63,976 bases of DNA, filler included, from Olpidium bornovanus S191 (GCA_017911155.1; 30 parts of 30 records of this genome joined end to end with filler, not necessarily neighbours in it); one strand, 5' to 3'; positions 11,347 to 23,945 are shown, counted from the first letter of the whole stretch. Notes: generated by a model not told the origin, from the sequence alone. Numbers and translations are program-made.

Positions 11347-12251
11347 ATGGTCGACTCGTCCTCTGCCTCGTCGTCGACGACGTGAGTAGGCGCCCAGCCG
11401 AGGGGGACGGAGAGCAAAGGGGAAGAGGCACAGAGAGAGAGAGACACGCACGCACGCACAGACTCACGCACGAAAGGGAAGAGGGAGGCGAAGTGACAGA
11501 CTGCCTCGGTTCAAAACGGTCCCCCTCCCGGCTTCCGGTTGTGTGTGCTTTCATCCAGAAGTAATTCTGGGTGGCTCTTTTGCGCGTTTGGCTTGCTTCC
11601 TTTTTTTTGCTTCTTCGCGAATACTTGCCGAGGGATTTTCCACCCTTGTTTTGCGCGCCATTTCCCGCGGAGCCGTGACCCCTTTTCTTGCGGAAGCTGA
11701 TGTTTTCACTCACCTTCTCACCGCAGGCGGAAACGCAAGTGGGATCTGGATGATTCCGGAAATGCGGCGGCCCACCGTCCGCCGCCGCCCCCTGGCGCTT
11801 CGCCGACGTCCCCGTTTTCTCGTGGGGACGTGGACGATAAGCCCACTGATGCCGCTGGTTAGTCAAAGCGAAATTGCGGCGCCGGCTGCTTGTCGTACGA
11901 GTTTTCTATAATCTGTGCATCCGGGATCCGACTGGTCACTAAAACATTTTTTACCATTATCTTTCCTCAGCGGCAGGCGCTGCAAAAATCAACGCGATGC
12001 TTGCGGCGAAGGGCGTGCCACTCAAAGCCGCGGAACCCGCCATTACGTTGCCCCCGCTGCCGCCCAGGAGAGACGTATGTCGCGCGTTTGCTCTGCGTCT
12101 TGGGCTGTTTTGTGGACAGGTTGTTAATAAGACGGCCTGAATACATTGGTAATTTGTGATTGTTTCTGTTAACAGGAAGGAAGGAAGGACTTGACTGCGG
12201 CCGAATTTGAGTTGGACATTGACATTAACGATTTGAAAAACCGATACATGC
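11347..12251 (+). CDS. KHDC4: KH-domain RNA-binding protein, KHDC4/RIK-like, 5' part
   Basis: Four in-phase GT-AG exons (11347-11381, 11727-11857, 11971-12074, 12176-end) give RKRKWD, AAGAAKINAMLAAKG and DIDINDLKNRYM, all characteristic of the family. Confidence 0.85.
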
Positions 12252-13214
12252 NNNNNNNNNNNNNNNNNNNNNNNNNNNNNNNNNNNNNNNNNNNNTTAAT
12301 TAATTAANNNNNNNNNNNNNNNNNNNNNNNNNNNNNNNNNNNNNNNNNNNNCCCCTTCTCTCTCCTTGCCGGGGGTTCGATCCCACCAGACGAGACCTGT
12401 CGTGCACAGCGTCGAGGGCTCTAAAACCCACAAACCAACACAATCACGTCCAACGATAGGCTCGCGCATGGCCCACGCTGCATGCGGCCACCTCCCCGGT
12501 GCGGGGGAGGGGGCAACCACGTGCCAGCCTCGCCCAGCTTGACTCCCGGGCATGGCACTCTGTTTTTCCGTTCCTTCTTGACGCGCCTCCTCCTCGCATC
12601 TCGAAAGGAAAATTGTGTAAACTAATATCCGCGGGGTCGGCATCCTAGCACGTTATGTCATGAGTAAAACGCGGGGGGAGGGGGGGGGGATTCAGAATGA
12701 AGAGGTAGGGGAGTGGTAAGCACTGTCAAATATTAAAAAAAGGAATGCAAGAACTCGTGGTAATGCGGGACGAAAAGGGAAAGGAGTATTGAAGCAACGA
12801 CAATAATTGTAAAGGTGGAAAAATTGAGGATTCATTTTTATTGCGAGAATATATCGATGAACGGGATTGGAATGACAAATGCATGGAAGGAACGGCCACA
12901 AATGTTAGGGGTGAACGGGGAAGTGAGGGCGGAATGAACCAAAATAACAATATGTATTGATGGACGGGAAACTGGCGGAAGTCAAGCGAAAAAAAGGAAA
13001 AAAAAAAAGGAAATCCGACAGTTGCATGCGGAAAGGGGGGTTCTCGAGCAGGGCAAGCCCGAGCCCACCTCCGGAGGATTGCGAAGCCCAGCCTGGGCGA
13101 ATCGCCCGCCCTCGCGCCGCCCTCTTGGCCGGCGGCTTCTTACGAAAGCGCGGGAAGCACGGGCTGCCACCTTCTTCCCCTCCTCCCCCCCGGAGCTTAT
13201 CCGTCAAGAAAAGC

Positions 13215-13399
13215 ACCAGACTTCCAGCTTGGACGCGCTGCCCCCGGACGAGCCGAGGTGTATGCCGCGGGCGAGGTCCATGACCGCCCGGAACAGCGAC
13301 TTGAGCGCGGCCTTGATCTCTTCTTGGCACGCGGACTGCGAGACGGCCCGCTCGAGGGCAGCCGCAGTCTCCAACCCCGTGACGGCCCTGAATTCCGGG
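13215..13399 (-). CDS. Unassigned probable coding exon (PEFRAVTGLETAAALERAV...SKLE)
   Basis: Open frame with the GC3-rich codon style of genuine exons in this window. No family recognised. Confidence 0.3.
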
Positions 13400-13499
13400 N
13401 NNNNNNNNNNNNNNNNNNNNNNNNNNNNNNNNNNNNNNNNNNNTTAATTAATTAANNNNNNNNNNNNNNNNNNNNNNNNNNNNNNNNNNNNNNNNNNNN

Positions 13500-14671
13500 G
13501 ACTTCTTGCTCCCGCCAAAGCTCCCGAACCTGCAAATAACCGGAATTTGTTGGCATTTCCAATGGCAAACTCGGCTAAAACCGCTCGCCTCGCCGAACAG
13601 CAGGAACGCACCCCATGGCCAGCATGGCCTCCTCGTCGTCGCCAAGCCCCTCCTTCTTCCGTTCTTCTTCGGCCTTGCGCCTCTCTTCCTCCTTCTTCAG
13701 CTTTTTGCGCTCTTTCTTCTGCCGCCGTTCCTCCTCCTCGGCGGCTTGCAGCTCCTGGACGCGTTCGTCGATATCTGAGGGGAATCGGTTTTGCAGGCAG
13801 ATGAGTGAAATTCGCCGGTAATAGGACAATTAATCCGCAGACGTACCGTAGGCTTTCGGGGGCCCTTCCTCCTTTTTCTTCTTCAGCGACTCCAGCTTCT
13901 CCTTTATCTGTTCGGCCGTGTTCCTTTCCACTCGCATGGACATGCCCAGCGCTCGGACGTCTGACATGGCGGGAAGAGGGGGGAGGGAGGGGGGGGGAGG
14001 GGCCACCACAAGTACCATCAATTCGAGCGCAATCCGCATGGCCACAAAGGCGGCTGGCCCGCTTGCGTCCGACAAACGTGGCTGGCCCCTCGGAAGTTTA
14101 ACAAACTCACGCTTCTTCCCATTGATGTGGTCAAGGTAGTTTTTGCTGTCCTTGAGCACGCAGTCGCACACCTGGCAGAAAAAGCCTGGCGTCTTGGACG
14201 CCACGCCTACTGCCTGCACCACCTCGGTCTTGTTGAGTTTCGTATCGAGAGCGACCTTCTCTGTGCGCGCCCTGAGCAGTTCCCGCGGCGGGTTCGGCGG
14301 TCCCCGCCGAGGCCGGGGCGGGAGGCCTGGGGCGCAAAAATGTACAGGACACAGGCCGTTTTAACTTGACGCGAGGCGGCAACGTAAACTGCGCCGAAAT
14401 CATTCTCTCCGCGGCCACTGGTTGATGCCTCGGACGAACGCCTGCCCAAAGCGTTTTTTCGATCAAGCCGGCGTTTTTTCCACCGACTAGGCCCTCTTTA
14501 CGCCCGCCCACCTTTCCTCTTTCTCTCCTCCTCATCTTCCTTCTCCCGCTCTTCCCTAGCCCTTTCCCTCGCCCTCCGCTCAAACTCCTCCCTGTCCCAG
14601 GTCCTCCGGAAGTTGGTGTCCTGCGCGGCAGTGCCGTAGGCGCCCGACTTAGCCGAAGAAGACGACGACAT
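13500..14671 (-). CDS. ZMAT2: U4/U6.U5 tri-snRNP zinc-finger protein Snu23/ZMAT2
   Basis: ATG at 14671. Motifs TNFRRTWDREEF, GFFCQVCDCVLKDSKNYLDHINGKK, RALGMSMRVER, DIDERVQEL and AMG|FGSFGGSKK across five exons. Confidence 0.93.
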
Positions 14672-15245
14672 TGCTAGCGACGCCGGGTTCGCAGGTCGGG
14701 CAGAGACCGTGCGTGTTACGGTAATTTCGTGGGTGGTTTTTTTTTTTTTTTAGACCGGGGGCGAGCATAACGCAGTCACGTGATTTCCGGCGGGCGGCGT
14801 GTGCGGGTTCACGCCCCGCCTCCAACAAGAAAAGGGTTGGTGTGTTTTGGGAAGGGGAGGATGACTTTCTCCTCGCATTCGCCCACTTTGCGCAATTCGG
14901 CCGCAAATGCATGAATCCGTTTGTCTTCTTCGGCCCGTCCAAACCACTCATGCAAAATCGCCAATCGCCATTTTGGCACGCGATTGAACGACGCATTATT
15001 GCCAGGCCTGGCCGAATTTCCCCCCCCGCCTCCGCCACTTTCCCCCTCCCCCTCTCCGCCCCGTCCGCCGCCCCGTCCGCCGCCCCGCAACCTTCCCTCC
15101 ACACTCCAAAGCGCGGGCGCCGCGGGAAAGTTCGTCGACGGAAANNNNNNNNNNNNNNNNNNNNNNNNNNNNNNNNNNNNNNNNNNNNTTAATTAATTAA
15201 NNNNNNNNNNNNNNNNNNNNNNNNNNNNNNNNNNNNNNNNNNNNC

Positions 15246-15827
15246 TTCGAAGGTGACAACTACTCGGCCGCGTGGAGGGAGGAGGCCGCGAAGCGCGGCC
15301 TGCTCAACATCAACAACTGTCCGGACGCGTTCGCGCAGCTGATGAACCCCGTCAACTTCGACATGCTGACGAGCCCGCGTTTCCAGCTCTTCTCACGGAA
15401 GGAGCTGCTGTCCCGGCACCACATCCTGCTCGAGAAGTACGTCAAGGACCTCCTCATCGAGGCCAACATGCTCAAGACCATGCTCAAGTCCCAGATCGTC
15501 CCTGCCGCCTTCGAATACCGCCGTTCGGTCGCCGAGGGCGCGGCCAATCTGATCGCGTGCGGCGGCGGCGCCGAACCCGAAGTCGCTGCCCTGAAGCGCA
15601 TCACTCCCATCCTCGCCGAGGTCCAGAAGGGCGTGGAGTACCTCGAGGCGGTGATCGTGGAGGTCAACGAATCAAAGGACAACGTCGAGAAGCACGCCTG
15701 CGCGGCCAACGCGCTCATTGTCCCTGCCATGGAAGCCGTCCGGGAGCACGTCGACCTCTTGGAGACCTTGGTCGGGGATTCGTACTGGCCTTTTCCCCGC
15801 TACCAGGAGCTCTTGTTCCAGATTTAA
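15246..15827 (+). CDS. Glutamine synthetase type III (GlnN/GlnA3 family), C-terminal part
   Basis: FEGDNYSAAWREEAAKRGLLN, ELLSRHHILLEKYVKDLLIEA and VREHVDLLETLVGDSYWPFPRYQELLF* match the GSIII-specific C-terminus. Confidence 0.9.
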   Translation, partial: FEGDNYSAAWREEAAKRGLLNINNCPDAFAQLMNPVNFDMLTSPRFQLFSRKELLSRHHILLEKYVKDLLIEANMLKTMLKSQIVPAAFEYRRSVAEGAANLIACGGGAEPEVAALKRITPILAEVQKGVEYLEAVIVEVNESKDNVEKHACAANALIVPAMEAVREHVDLLETLVGDSYWPFPRYQELLFQI

Positions 15828-16162
15828 AAATAATTCCCGCGTTTCAACACACCCGTGAATTTCCATCTAACGACCAAGCCCCTATCTATTTCCGCCAACG
15901 CGCTTTTCCCGTCTGTGCGTTTTCCTGCACCGCGTGGTTAAGCAGACCTCTCTCGTGGTTGATCAGAAACGGCCAGTCCGAAAACCGACGTGTGGCGATT
16001 GACGCCCCTCGGACACCAACCGCGGTTAGATCCTCTCAAAAAGAGGACCTGGGAAAACCCTAGTAGGTTTTACTAGGCTGGAGACGTTCCTTCCCGCGCG
16101 GCTTTCAGGGTGGACCGCGGACGTTTTCGTGGAGTGAGGATTTGTACATCTTGCTGGCACGG

Positions 16163-16193
<31 letters not shown>

Positions 16194-16567
16194 AAAGAAG
16201 GGGGGGGCCACCGAAAATGCACGCTTGACATCAGTGTTGATCGCCGTTTGGGAAACTACCGGTTGGGGATGGATCTCCCTCTTGGGTACCCCAACGGACC
16301 CCGTTTGGTCTGGGATGTGATGCGGCCGACTCTCTCATGACGCCCCCAAGTATGCCGGGGCAGCGGACCTTCCCCTCCCCTCTCTCCCCACCAACACGAA
16401 ACGTCGCGGCCGGCAGGGATCCTTGTTGCGCGGAGGCTAACCGCGACCGCCGTTTTCTCGGCGCGCGCGTCCCCGTCCGGGAGACGCGCAAGGGCAGACG
16501 GGGTGCGCTCCCTCCCTCCTCACGAGGTTCCCGGCAGAAAAAAGGATTCCAACTCCGGGCACACCGG

Positions 16568-16611
<44 letters not shown>

Positions 16612-16894
16612 GGGGGGGGGGGGGGGGCCGGGGGGGGGGGCGCNNNNNNNNNNNNNNNNNNNNNNNNNNNNNNNNNNNNNNNNNNNNTTAATTAATTAAN
16701 NNNNNNNNNNNNNNNNNNNNNNNNNNNNNNNNNNNNNNNNNNNGCGGAGCGCACTTGGTAAACGAATTTTTTTTTTAGTTCTGTGCGGTCACGGAAAACC
16801 AACGCCGCGGGGCCGACGGCCGCACGGCCGAGGTTCGTGCGAACGAGGCAAATTTGCGATCATGGGGTCTCACCACTTTCTTACGCGTCATCAG

Positions 16895-18109
16895 GACTCC
16901 GTGCCACTACGATGCCTGCCATACGATCGGCCACAACCTAATGTTGGACTGCGGTACAGGTCAGTATGTGTGTGTGTGACAGCGGGCACTCAAACCCTTG
17001 TCGTTCTGCCCGGCTGATCAGTGCGTCTTCTCGGTATGCAGACGCTTCTTCCTTGTGGTTCATGACGGCGAGCCAAGATAGCAAGGCGTTCAACGACTAC
17101 GTCGAGCGAGAGGGCGGGACTCGCGTCGATTTCGATAACAACGTCTTCCCGCTGTCCCTGCTGGAGCGGTCGCCGGTCCCGGTCTACGTTATCGAGCAGA
17201 AGCCGTGGGATTTTGTGATTATACCGCCGTCGTCCGCCCACCAAGTGCTGAACCGGGGGGAAGGGGTCAGCATTAAGGTTGCCTGGAACAGGTTGAGAGC
17301 GCAGGACACGGTCGCGTGTTTGGAAACGGAGCTGCCTCTACTATCATAGTACGTGCGACGGCTTGTTTTACCGCGAGGGGAACTTGTTTTGCCAATTCTT
17401 GAGGGGCCCGGCTTCTGATACGAAATCCTGTAGTATGTGCAAGCCGGCGATATACGACGCAAGAGCCATGATATTGGCGGGGTTTGACGTCTACGGCAGC
17501 ATGATCGATCCTGATAATTTCGACTTCGGTCCCGAGAAAGAAGGCGTGCTTCAATACGCGATTGCAGAACTTCGAGAGCTGATTATCGGCTTCAGCCGGA
17601 TCCTCCTGGACGAGCATGCCGGGGACTCGGCCGGGACGCCCGATGACTATCGCTTGGTCCTTCCGGCCTCCAGGGAGTCCGTGACATGCGACTTCTGCCA
17701 CGGCCACACGTTTAACAGGTGGTTCCACTGCGACAGCTGTCCGGAACCTGGCGTTGACATCTGCGTAGCCTGCGTGGCAGCCGGCCGAGGCTGCCGTCAC
17801 GGCCTGAGCACGCTTGTGCCGTGCCGGCGGGACGAGGACTCGACTTTGATCGAGAAGCTCGACGATGCCGTCTACCGACACAATACGTGCGTGACCCGGT
17901 TCGAGCTGCCGTTCTCGTTGTTGCCCGCCCCGGACATCGAGCGGTGCGTACTGCCTTCAATTTCCGCTCTCTTCGCAGTAAAAAAGCGAGCTGACTGTTG
18001 CCTTCCGGCGCGTTGGATACGCGCATCCAGCGAGGCCGCCGAGTCGTCTACACTTGGGTCTTTCGCGACCGCCAAACGACTAATAGCAATGGACCGAGTG
18101 GTACGGTGA
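16895..18109 (+). CDS. Fungal-type JmjC-domain protein with C-terminal ZZ-like zinc finger (partial)
   Basis: Motifs TPCHYDAC..GHNLM|DASSLWFMT, EQKPWDFVIIPPSSAHQVLN, KVAWNR and CDFCHGHTFNRWFHCDSC..DICVAC..GRGC. Introns at 16954-17041 and near 17350-17430. The 3' end is approximate. Confidence 0.8.
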
Positions 18110-19215
18110 TGTCTCCTCGTTTTGTTGTTGTTTATATTTTTTTATTTTTTTGTCTTTCCTTTTTTGTTCTTTTGTTTTTTTTTCTTTTTGCCCCCCCCCG
18201 CTTTTTTTTTTTTCCTTTCCCCCATTATTTCTATTTTTTTTATTGTTTTCTCTTTTTTTCCTTTTCTTTTCCGCCATTATTCCCGCTTTTTTTTTTCCTT
18301 TTTTTGCGGCCNNNNNNNNNNNNNNNNNNNNNNNNNNNNNNNNNNNNNNNNNNNNTTAATTAATTAANNNNNNNNNNNNNNNNNNNNNNNNNNNNNNNNN
18401 NNNNNNNNNNNCATGGAAACCTGCTTCGGCAAATCTCTCAGAAGTAGTACCGACATACCACCGCCTCTTCCCCCCGAAATAGCCGGGCTCACGACTGGGG
18501 TCCACTTCCCCGGCCCGCTTCCCGACGCCACATAAACGATTTCGATGCGGCGACGGTTGTTTTGAGTTTGGTGTTACAATAACGTCGATAGAAGCCCGGT
18601 GTGCCGTTCTCACTCTCACTCTTACACTCTCTTTTTCTCTCTCGGCTACGGCGCTTTCTAAACCGAGCAAGCTGTCCCCATTCCCAATTAAGTTGACTTG
18701 TTTTGACGACGTGAACGCCCTGTTTTATTTTTTTTGTTTTCGGTCAAACATTCCTCTAAACCGTCTTCCTCCCGCCGCCTTCCGACAAGTTCGCCTAATT
18801 TAGTTTGGAGAACTCCCCCGTCCGTTGCCCCCCGGACGAAAAGCGCGCCGGCGGTTATGCCCCCGGAACTTTTTATTAATGCACGCGCCGTCGCGGTCGA
18901 CCCCGGGGTTCGTCGACGTGGTGGGGAGGTGAGGCCGGGTGCCCGGCTTACGGCAAGAACCCTCTTCAAGCGCTCTTTCCCCTTCCTCCAGCCCCGTCAG
19001 GCCATTCTCGTTTCCGGCACCTCGCGAAATAAACAAAGAGGTATCTGCGCGTGCGCGGGGGCCGGGCTGGGGGGAGTTGCGAACCCTGTTTTCAGCTCGC
19101 CTTCTTTTTTTGCGAGAAAACGCGTTTTCTGCGCGTTTTCGAGGGGGGGGGGGGGGGGGGGGAAGGGGTTGTCTGTTATTTTAAGCCCCGGGGGGACGGG
19201 GATGCCTTCGTTTTT

Positions 19216-21125
19216 CTACGTGTCGTGCAATTCCAGTAATGTCCAGGCTTTTGTGTGTGCGGCGGAAAGAAATAACCGAAAACGTTTTTTTTAACGTTTC
19301 CCGCGTTTGGTAGGAAAAACGGGGTAAGGGGAGGGAAGCGCGAGGGGGTGGTGGGCGCAAAAACTTTTCTTTTCCTGAATGTTTTCACTTACTAGCCAGT
19401 TTCTGGAGCTCTTGGTGTTCTTTTAGATTTTCCTGCGAACGGGTCGCCGATTGGGAGCGGGGAGGGAGGGGAGTGATTTGGTGGTGTCAGGTTGCGGGGT
19501 TTTTTTCGCGCGTTTCGGCGTATTGTTAGTTTCCGCTTGCAATCATTGAAAAAAAAAGTAATTAGAAGAACCGGCCTCGGGGGGAATTTTCCGAACCTGC
19601 AGATTCTCCATCAGCTGGAAATACTTGAACAGCGTGTCCCTCGGCCACATGGTCTCCTCGTTCCTCGCCGCCAGCCCCTGCAGGGTTTCCGCGACTGTCT
19701 GCTCCCACCCTTTTGACCCGCCCTGAGAGTCCGTCAGCAGCTTCTGAATTTTATCGAACAGCTCATCCACCTGCATCTTTTGTCTGCGGGGTGGGTGGAA
19801 GGCGGCGGCGAAGATTGGTTCACCGGACGAAGAAGGAGGGCCGGCTGCCGACCCTTTTGCGACCCACCCCTCTTCCCCCCCCCTCTTCCGCCCACTCCTT
19901 TCCTGATTCTGCGCGCGTCGAGTTCCGCGGATCTCACTTTTCCAAGTCAGGCTCTCGGCCGGAAAGCTGCTGCTGGTGCATCTGCTCGTTTCCCGACTGG
20001 GCGAAAGGAACGCTTGACATCCGCCGCGACCGGCTCGCCGGTTCCGGTCCTTTGACGGAGGACAATTCTGTTTTCGCGGACGCCAACGATTTCCTGGGCG
20101 CGTCCTTTGCCTGGTTGATTCTGCATTATCGGGAGGGTTTTGTCGACAGCGTTTTTTGTCAGCACCGGCGGGCGGGCGGCGTGGGGAAGGGAGGAGCGGG
20201 AGGAAGGGCTGGGGGGGGGGGGTGGGGGGAAGGGGGAATTTGTGGTTTTCTCCCCGCAAAAACGCCGAGCCCCCTTAAAGAAGGAAAGAAAAGGAGAAAA
20301 AAAATACTCGACTGCATGCCACCCTACTCTTGGTTCAGCTCCGTCTTGAGTTTTCGCCGCATCCTTGACAGCTTCTTGGCTTTCATGTACTCCTTTTGCT
20401 TCTCTTTTAGCTCCTGGCTGATTTTGTCGAAATTGTTCACTGAAATCGGAAGTGGTTGGGAAGTTGGGGGGGGGGGATAGAGGGGAGGGCGGGCAACCGG
20501 GGGGGGGATGGCGGGGAGAGACGAGGGTCGGCGACGGGATTGTGTGCGAAACGCGTTGGCATAAATTCTCCTTTCCCTTCTGGACACAAAGAGTCGTTTG
20601 ACATTTCGTATTCTCGACCTCGTTATGTAATATTTTGTTTCGTGTCTTTTGTTTTTTTTTTTTTTTTTTTTTTACCCATGACGCCGACGAAGATGTTCCG
20701 GAATATAAACGCCCCCATCCACACCCAGGTGATAATGTAGAGGTATGTCGCCAGCGGCTGAGTGACCTTGATCAAGTCCCGGTTGAGGTCGTCCCACCGG
20801 TCCAGGGTGAGGAGTATAAAAAGCGTGATAAGCGAGTTGCCGAGGTTGCTGCAAAAAATTCGTTTTTTGGTTTTTTTTTTTTTTTTTTTTTTTTTTTAGG
20901 TTTTAGCAAACGGACAAAGGCCAACGAGAAAAAAAAAATCCGAAAGCTCACCCCGATAAAATTTACAAAGCCGGAAACACGACGAAAAAATAATTTTCTT
21001 CAAGTGCCCGGCAGAAAACAAATATCGAGCTTCCGCGAAAAGAAATTTCCCACCTGAAGGAATCTTTAAACTGCAGATCCGTGTTATTGGACTTCGAGTA
21101 GGACACGAATATATTCATTCCCATG
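19216..21125 (-). CDS. CATSPER2: CatSper cation channel alpha subunit, CatSper2-like (S5-pore-S6-C-terminus, 5'-truncated)
   Basis: Spliced exons give GMNIFVSYSKSNNTDLQFKDSF|SNLGNSLITLFILLTLDRWDDL..YIITWVWMGAFIFRNIFVGVM|VNNFDKISQEL, then WEQTVAETLQGL..EETMWPRDTLFKYFQLMENLQ|ENLKEHQELQKLA|TWTLLELHDT*. The TLDxW filter and WPRDxLFxYF tail are CatSper2 signatures. Confidence 0.9.
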
Positions 21126-21261
21126 NNNNNNNNNNNNNNNNNNNNNNNNNNNNNNNNNNNNNNNNNNNNTTAATTAATTAANNNNNNNNNNNNNNNNNNN
21201 NNNNNNNNNNNNNNNNNNNNNNNNNCCCGCCGCCGGGGGGGGGGGGGGGGGGGGGGGGCCT

Positions 21262-21296
<35 letters not shown>

Positions 21297-22406
21297 GTTG
21301 CGAGGGAAGGCGTGGCGGGCAGCGAGCGCGGCGGGTGTTGTTGGACGCCGCCTCTGGCGCGCGATTGATTTTCGCCCCCGGCTTTTCAACTCCCCGCCCC
21401 CTGATTCGATTTTTGGCATTTGTCAAAATGTCACATCACTCCTTGTCGTACTGAGTCTTGCAGTCATTAAAAACGGTCTGCAGCTTGTCACGCTCGAAAG
21501 TACAGTGGGCGGCAGACCGCGACGGTCAAGTCAGGACTCTCCCCTACCCAGAGAGGGATGACGCTCCTCCAATTGAGCCGTCCCGTTCGTTTTTCCGCCT
21601 GGCTTGCCGTTGGTCATCCGCGGAAGCCCGTTCTCAACACCCTCCTTGAGCCAGGCATCCAGTTATCCGGTTATCCAGCCGCCGGCTACAGGGCGTGGCT
21701 GCTGTCCAGGTTGAGCTTATAACCTGTTCGGACTAACCTTTTTCCTACCTGGAGGGATCCGCTCCGCCGCTAAGCTATCTACCCTATTTTGAACACGCGA
21801 GTTGTCCGGCTCACTGCCAGGAATACCGAAAAATGCATGCAACCCGTCACATTGTACTCCTTAGTATATTTGTCTGGCTGGTCCGGTTTTGCTCCAGCCT
21901 GCGAACCTAAAGACCCTACGTTTTCCTCAGGCTGCGGATCTCGTAATCGTAATAACTTCGCCCTCGACTCACTTGAGGGAACCTTAACGAACTTGTGCCC
22001 GACTAGAGTATCATTGTGCAGCGCAGCCCCGAAAACTTCGCTTCGTTTGCACCCCGCAGAGACACATGAGCCCAATGCCCATCTCAACTTCGATTGAGCC
22101 CTGCCGAGATTCGTCAGTTTCAAAAGAATTGTGCTAGTGCTTCCGTTGCCATGCAGAGCTGCGTTCCCACTGTGCAGTCCTGCTCACATGGCTTACCCCG
22201 CTTTAGTCGGGGTAGGGGGTGCAACGCGGATGAGCGACGGCTGACTGCGCAGCTCTTGCTTGGCTGCGGACCGGCTGCATCACGTTTTTCGCAAGCAGCA
22301 CCTCCANNNNNNNNNNNNNNNNNNNNNNNNNNNNNNNNNNNNNNNNNNNNTTAATTAATTAANNNNNNNNNNNNNNNNNNNNNNNNNNNNNNNNNNNNNN
22401 NNNNNN

Positions 22407-23370
22407 CGAGGCGCTGTCGAAAGTGGACGTGTCGCACGCGCTGGACGGCTTCCGGTTGCTGAGGCGAGCGAAAGCGCTGACGCAGCGGGAACTCGCCGCG
22501 CTCAGGTCGCTGGCGGCGGACCACATGGACCGCCTGCAGACGTCGCGGGACGGGGCGGCGCTGGCGCGGCGGCCCGACCACCGCGGGACGTTCCACGACC
22601 TGCAGGTCGCGACCCTGGCCGCGTTCACCGACGACGCGCGGACGTACCTCCGCGTGGTCCAGCGGGCGCGCATGCGGTTCGGGAGGCAGTTCACGCCTTC
22701 GGGCGACCAGCCGTCCGAAACCGAGTACGCCGAGAGCGCGGTGCGCCGCGAGCTCAGGTCGTTCGCCCGGGGGCATCCGGGCGGCGCGCACAATCGCCGC
22801 GGCGGCCCGGCCGGCGACGAGCTCGTCCGATGCCTCGTCTCCGCCGCCGGCGGGGGCGGGGGCGGGGGCGGGGGCGAGGGCGGGGGCGGGGGCGGGGGCG
22901 AGGGCGGAGGGCCCGCGCCCACCGCCGCGGCGGCGGCGGCGGCGGCCGCGCGGCGGTTCGCGGCGCTGACCCTCCGGTACTGGCTGCTCCTCGCGCGGGC
23001 CGTGCAAAACTCGGGCGGCGCCGCCGTCGGCGGCGACCTCTGGACTCACTCCACGCGCGACAGGCGCCGGCTCAGCACGGCGGTCGCCCGCCACGTCCTC
23101 GAGCCCCGCCGCCCCGGTGAGGACGATTCGGCGGCGCCGCCGCTGATCGCCGTCGCCCGGGCCGCGCGCCGCGCGGCCGTCCCGCGCGGCGGCGGCGGCG
23201 ACGGCGACGGCGACCGCCCGGGCGAATTTCCGGACGCGCTCGCCCCGGAGGACGGAGGAGGCATCGGCGCCGCCCTCCCGCGGGGCGGCGGCATCGGCGG
23301 CGGCGGAGCGTGCGGGGGTTTTTTCTTCGCCGGCCGCATGCCTCCCGGGTGGAACGTCGGGATCGCCTGA
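22407..23370 (+). CDS. Hypothetical protein (partial), no family recognised
   Basis: About 320 open codons from the contig start, with helical-looking composition in the first half. In such GC-rich DNA this may be partly spurious. Confidence 0.4.
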
Positions 23371-23520
23371 TTTTTCTTTCTTATTTCCCCCCCCCCCTTT
23401 TTTTTTGGTTTTCCCCCTCAGATTTTTGCTTTTGTTTGTTCCTCGCGACGCTCCGCCGCGCGCGCGCGCGCGGCGCAACGACCATTTCCAGGCCGCCTCC
23501 CCTTTCCCCCCCCCCCCCCC

Positions 23521-23572
<52 letters not shown>

Positions 23573-23692
23573 CCGCCTGACGGTCTCGTTTTTGTTTGAA
23601 TTTTTTTTTTCCCTCACCTCGACGCCGTGCGTTGTGAAACATGTGTACCTTTTCCCCCTCCCCCCCCCCCCCCCCCCCCCCCCCCCTTTTTG

Positions 23693-23731
<39 letters not shown>

Positions 23732-23945
23732 AAAGAGCAAACGGTATAGTATGCTAACTGGCACGCGCCTCACGCGTTCTTTTCCTGTGGAAAATAAACA
23801 TGGCTCCTGGCGGGGCGACGCTACGAACACTTCGCGCGCCAACCCNNNNNNNNNNNNNNNNNNNNNNNNNNNNNNNNNNNNNNNNNNNNTTAATTAATTA
23901 ANNNNNNNNNNNNNNNNNNNNNNNNNNNNNNNNNNNNNNNNNNNN

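Noticed and set aside
15246-15827. GSIII contig as bacterial contamination
   Set aside because: The 3' flank has the same G/A homopolymer tracts as the intron-bearing contigs, and there is no operon-like neighbour. Not fully excluded without coverage data.
21430-22306. Possible coding or TE relic in this contig (and in 42600-43240, 45910-47200, 53448-54504)
   Set aside because: Only short open stretches without recognisable motifs or a consistent splice path were found, so no call was supportable.
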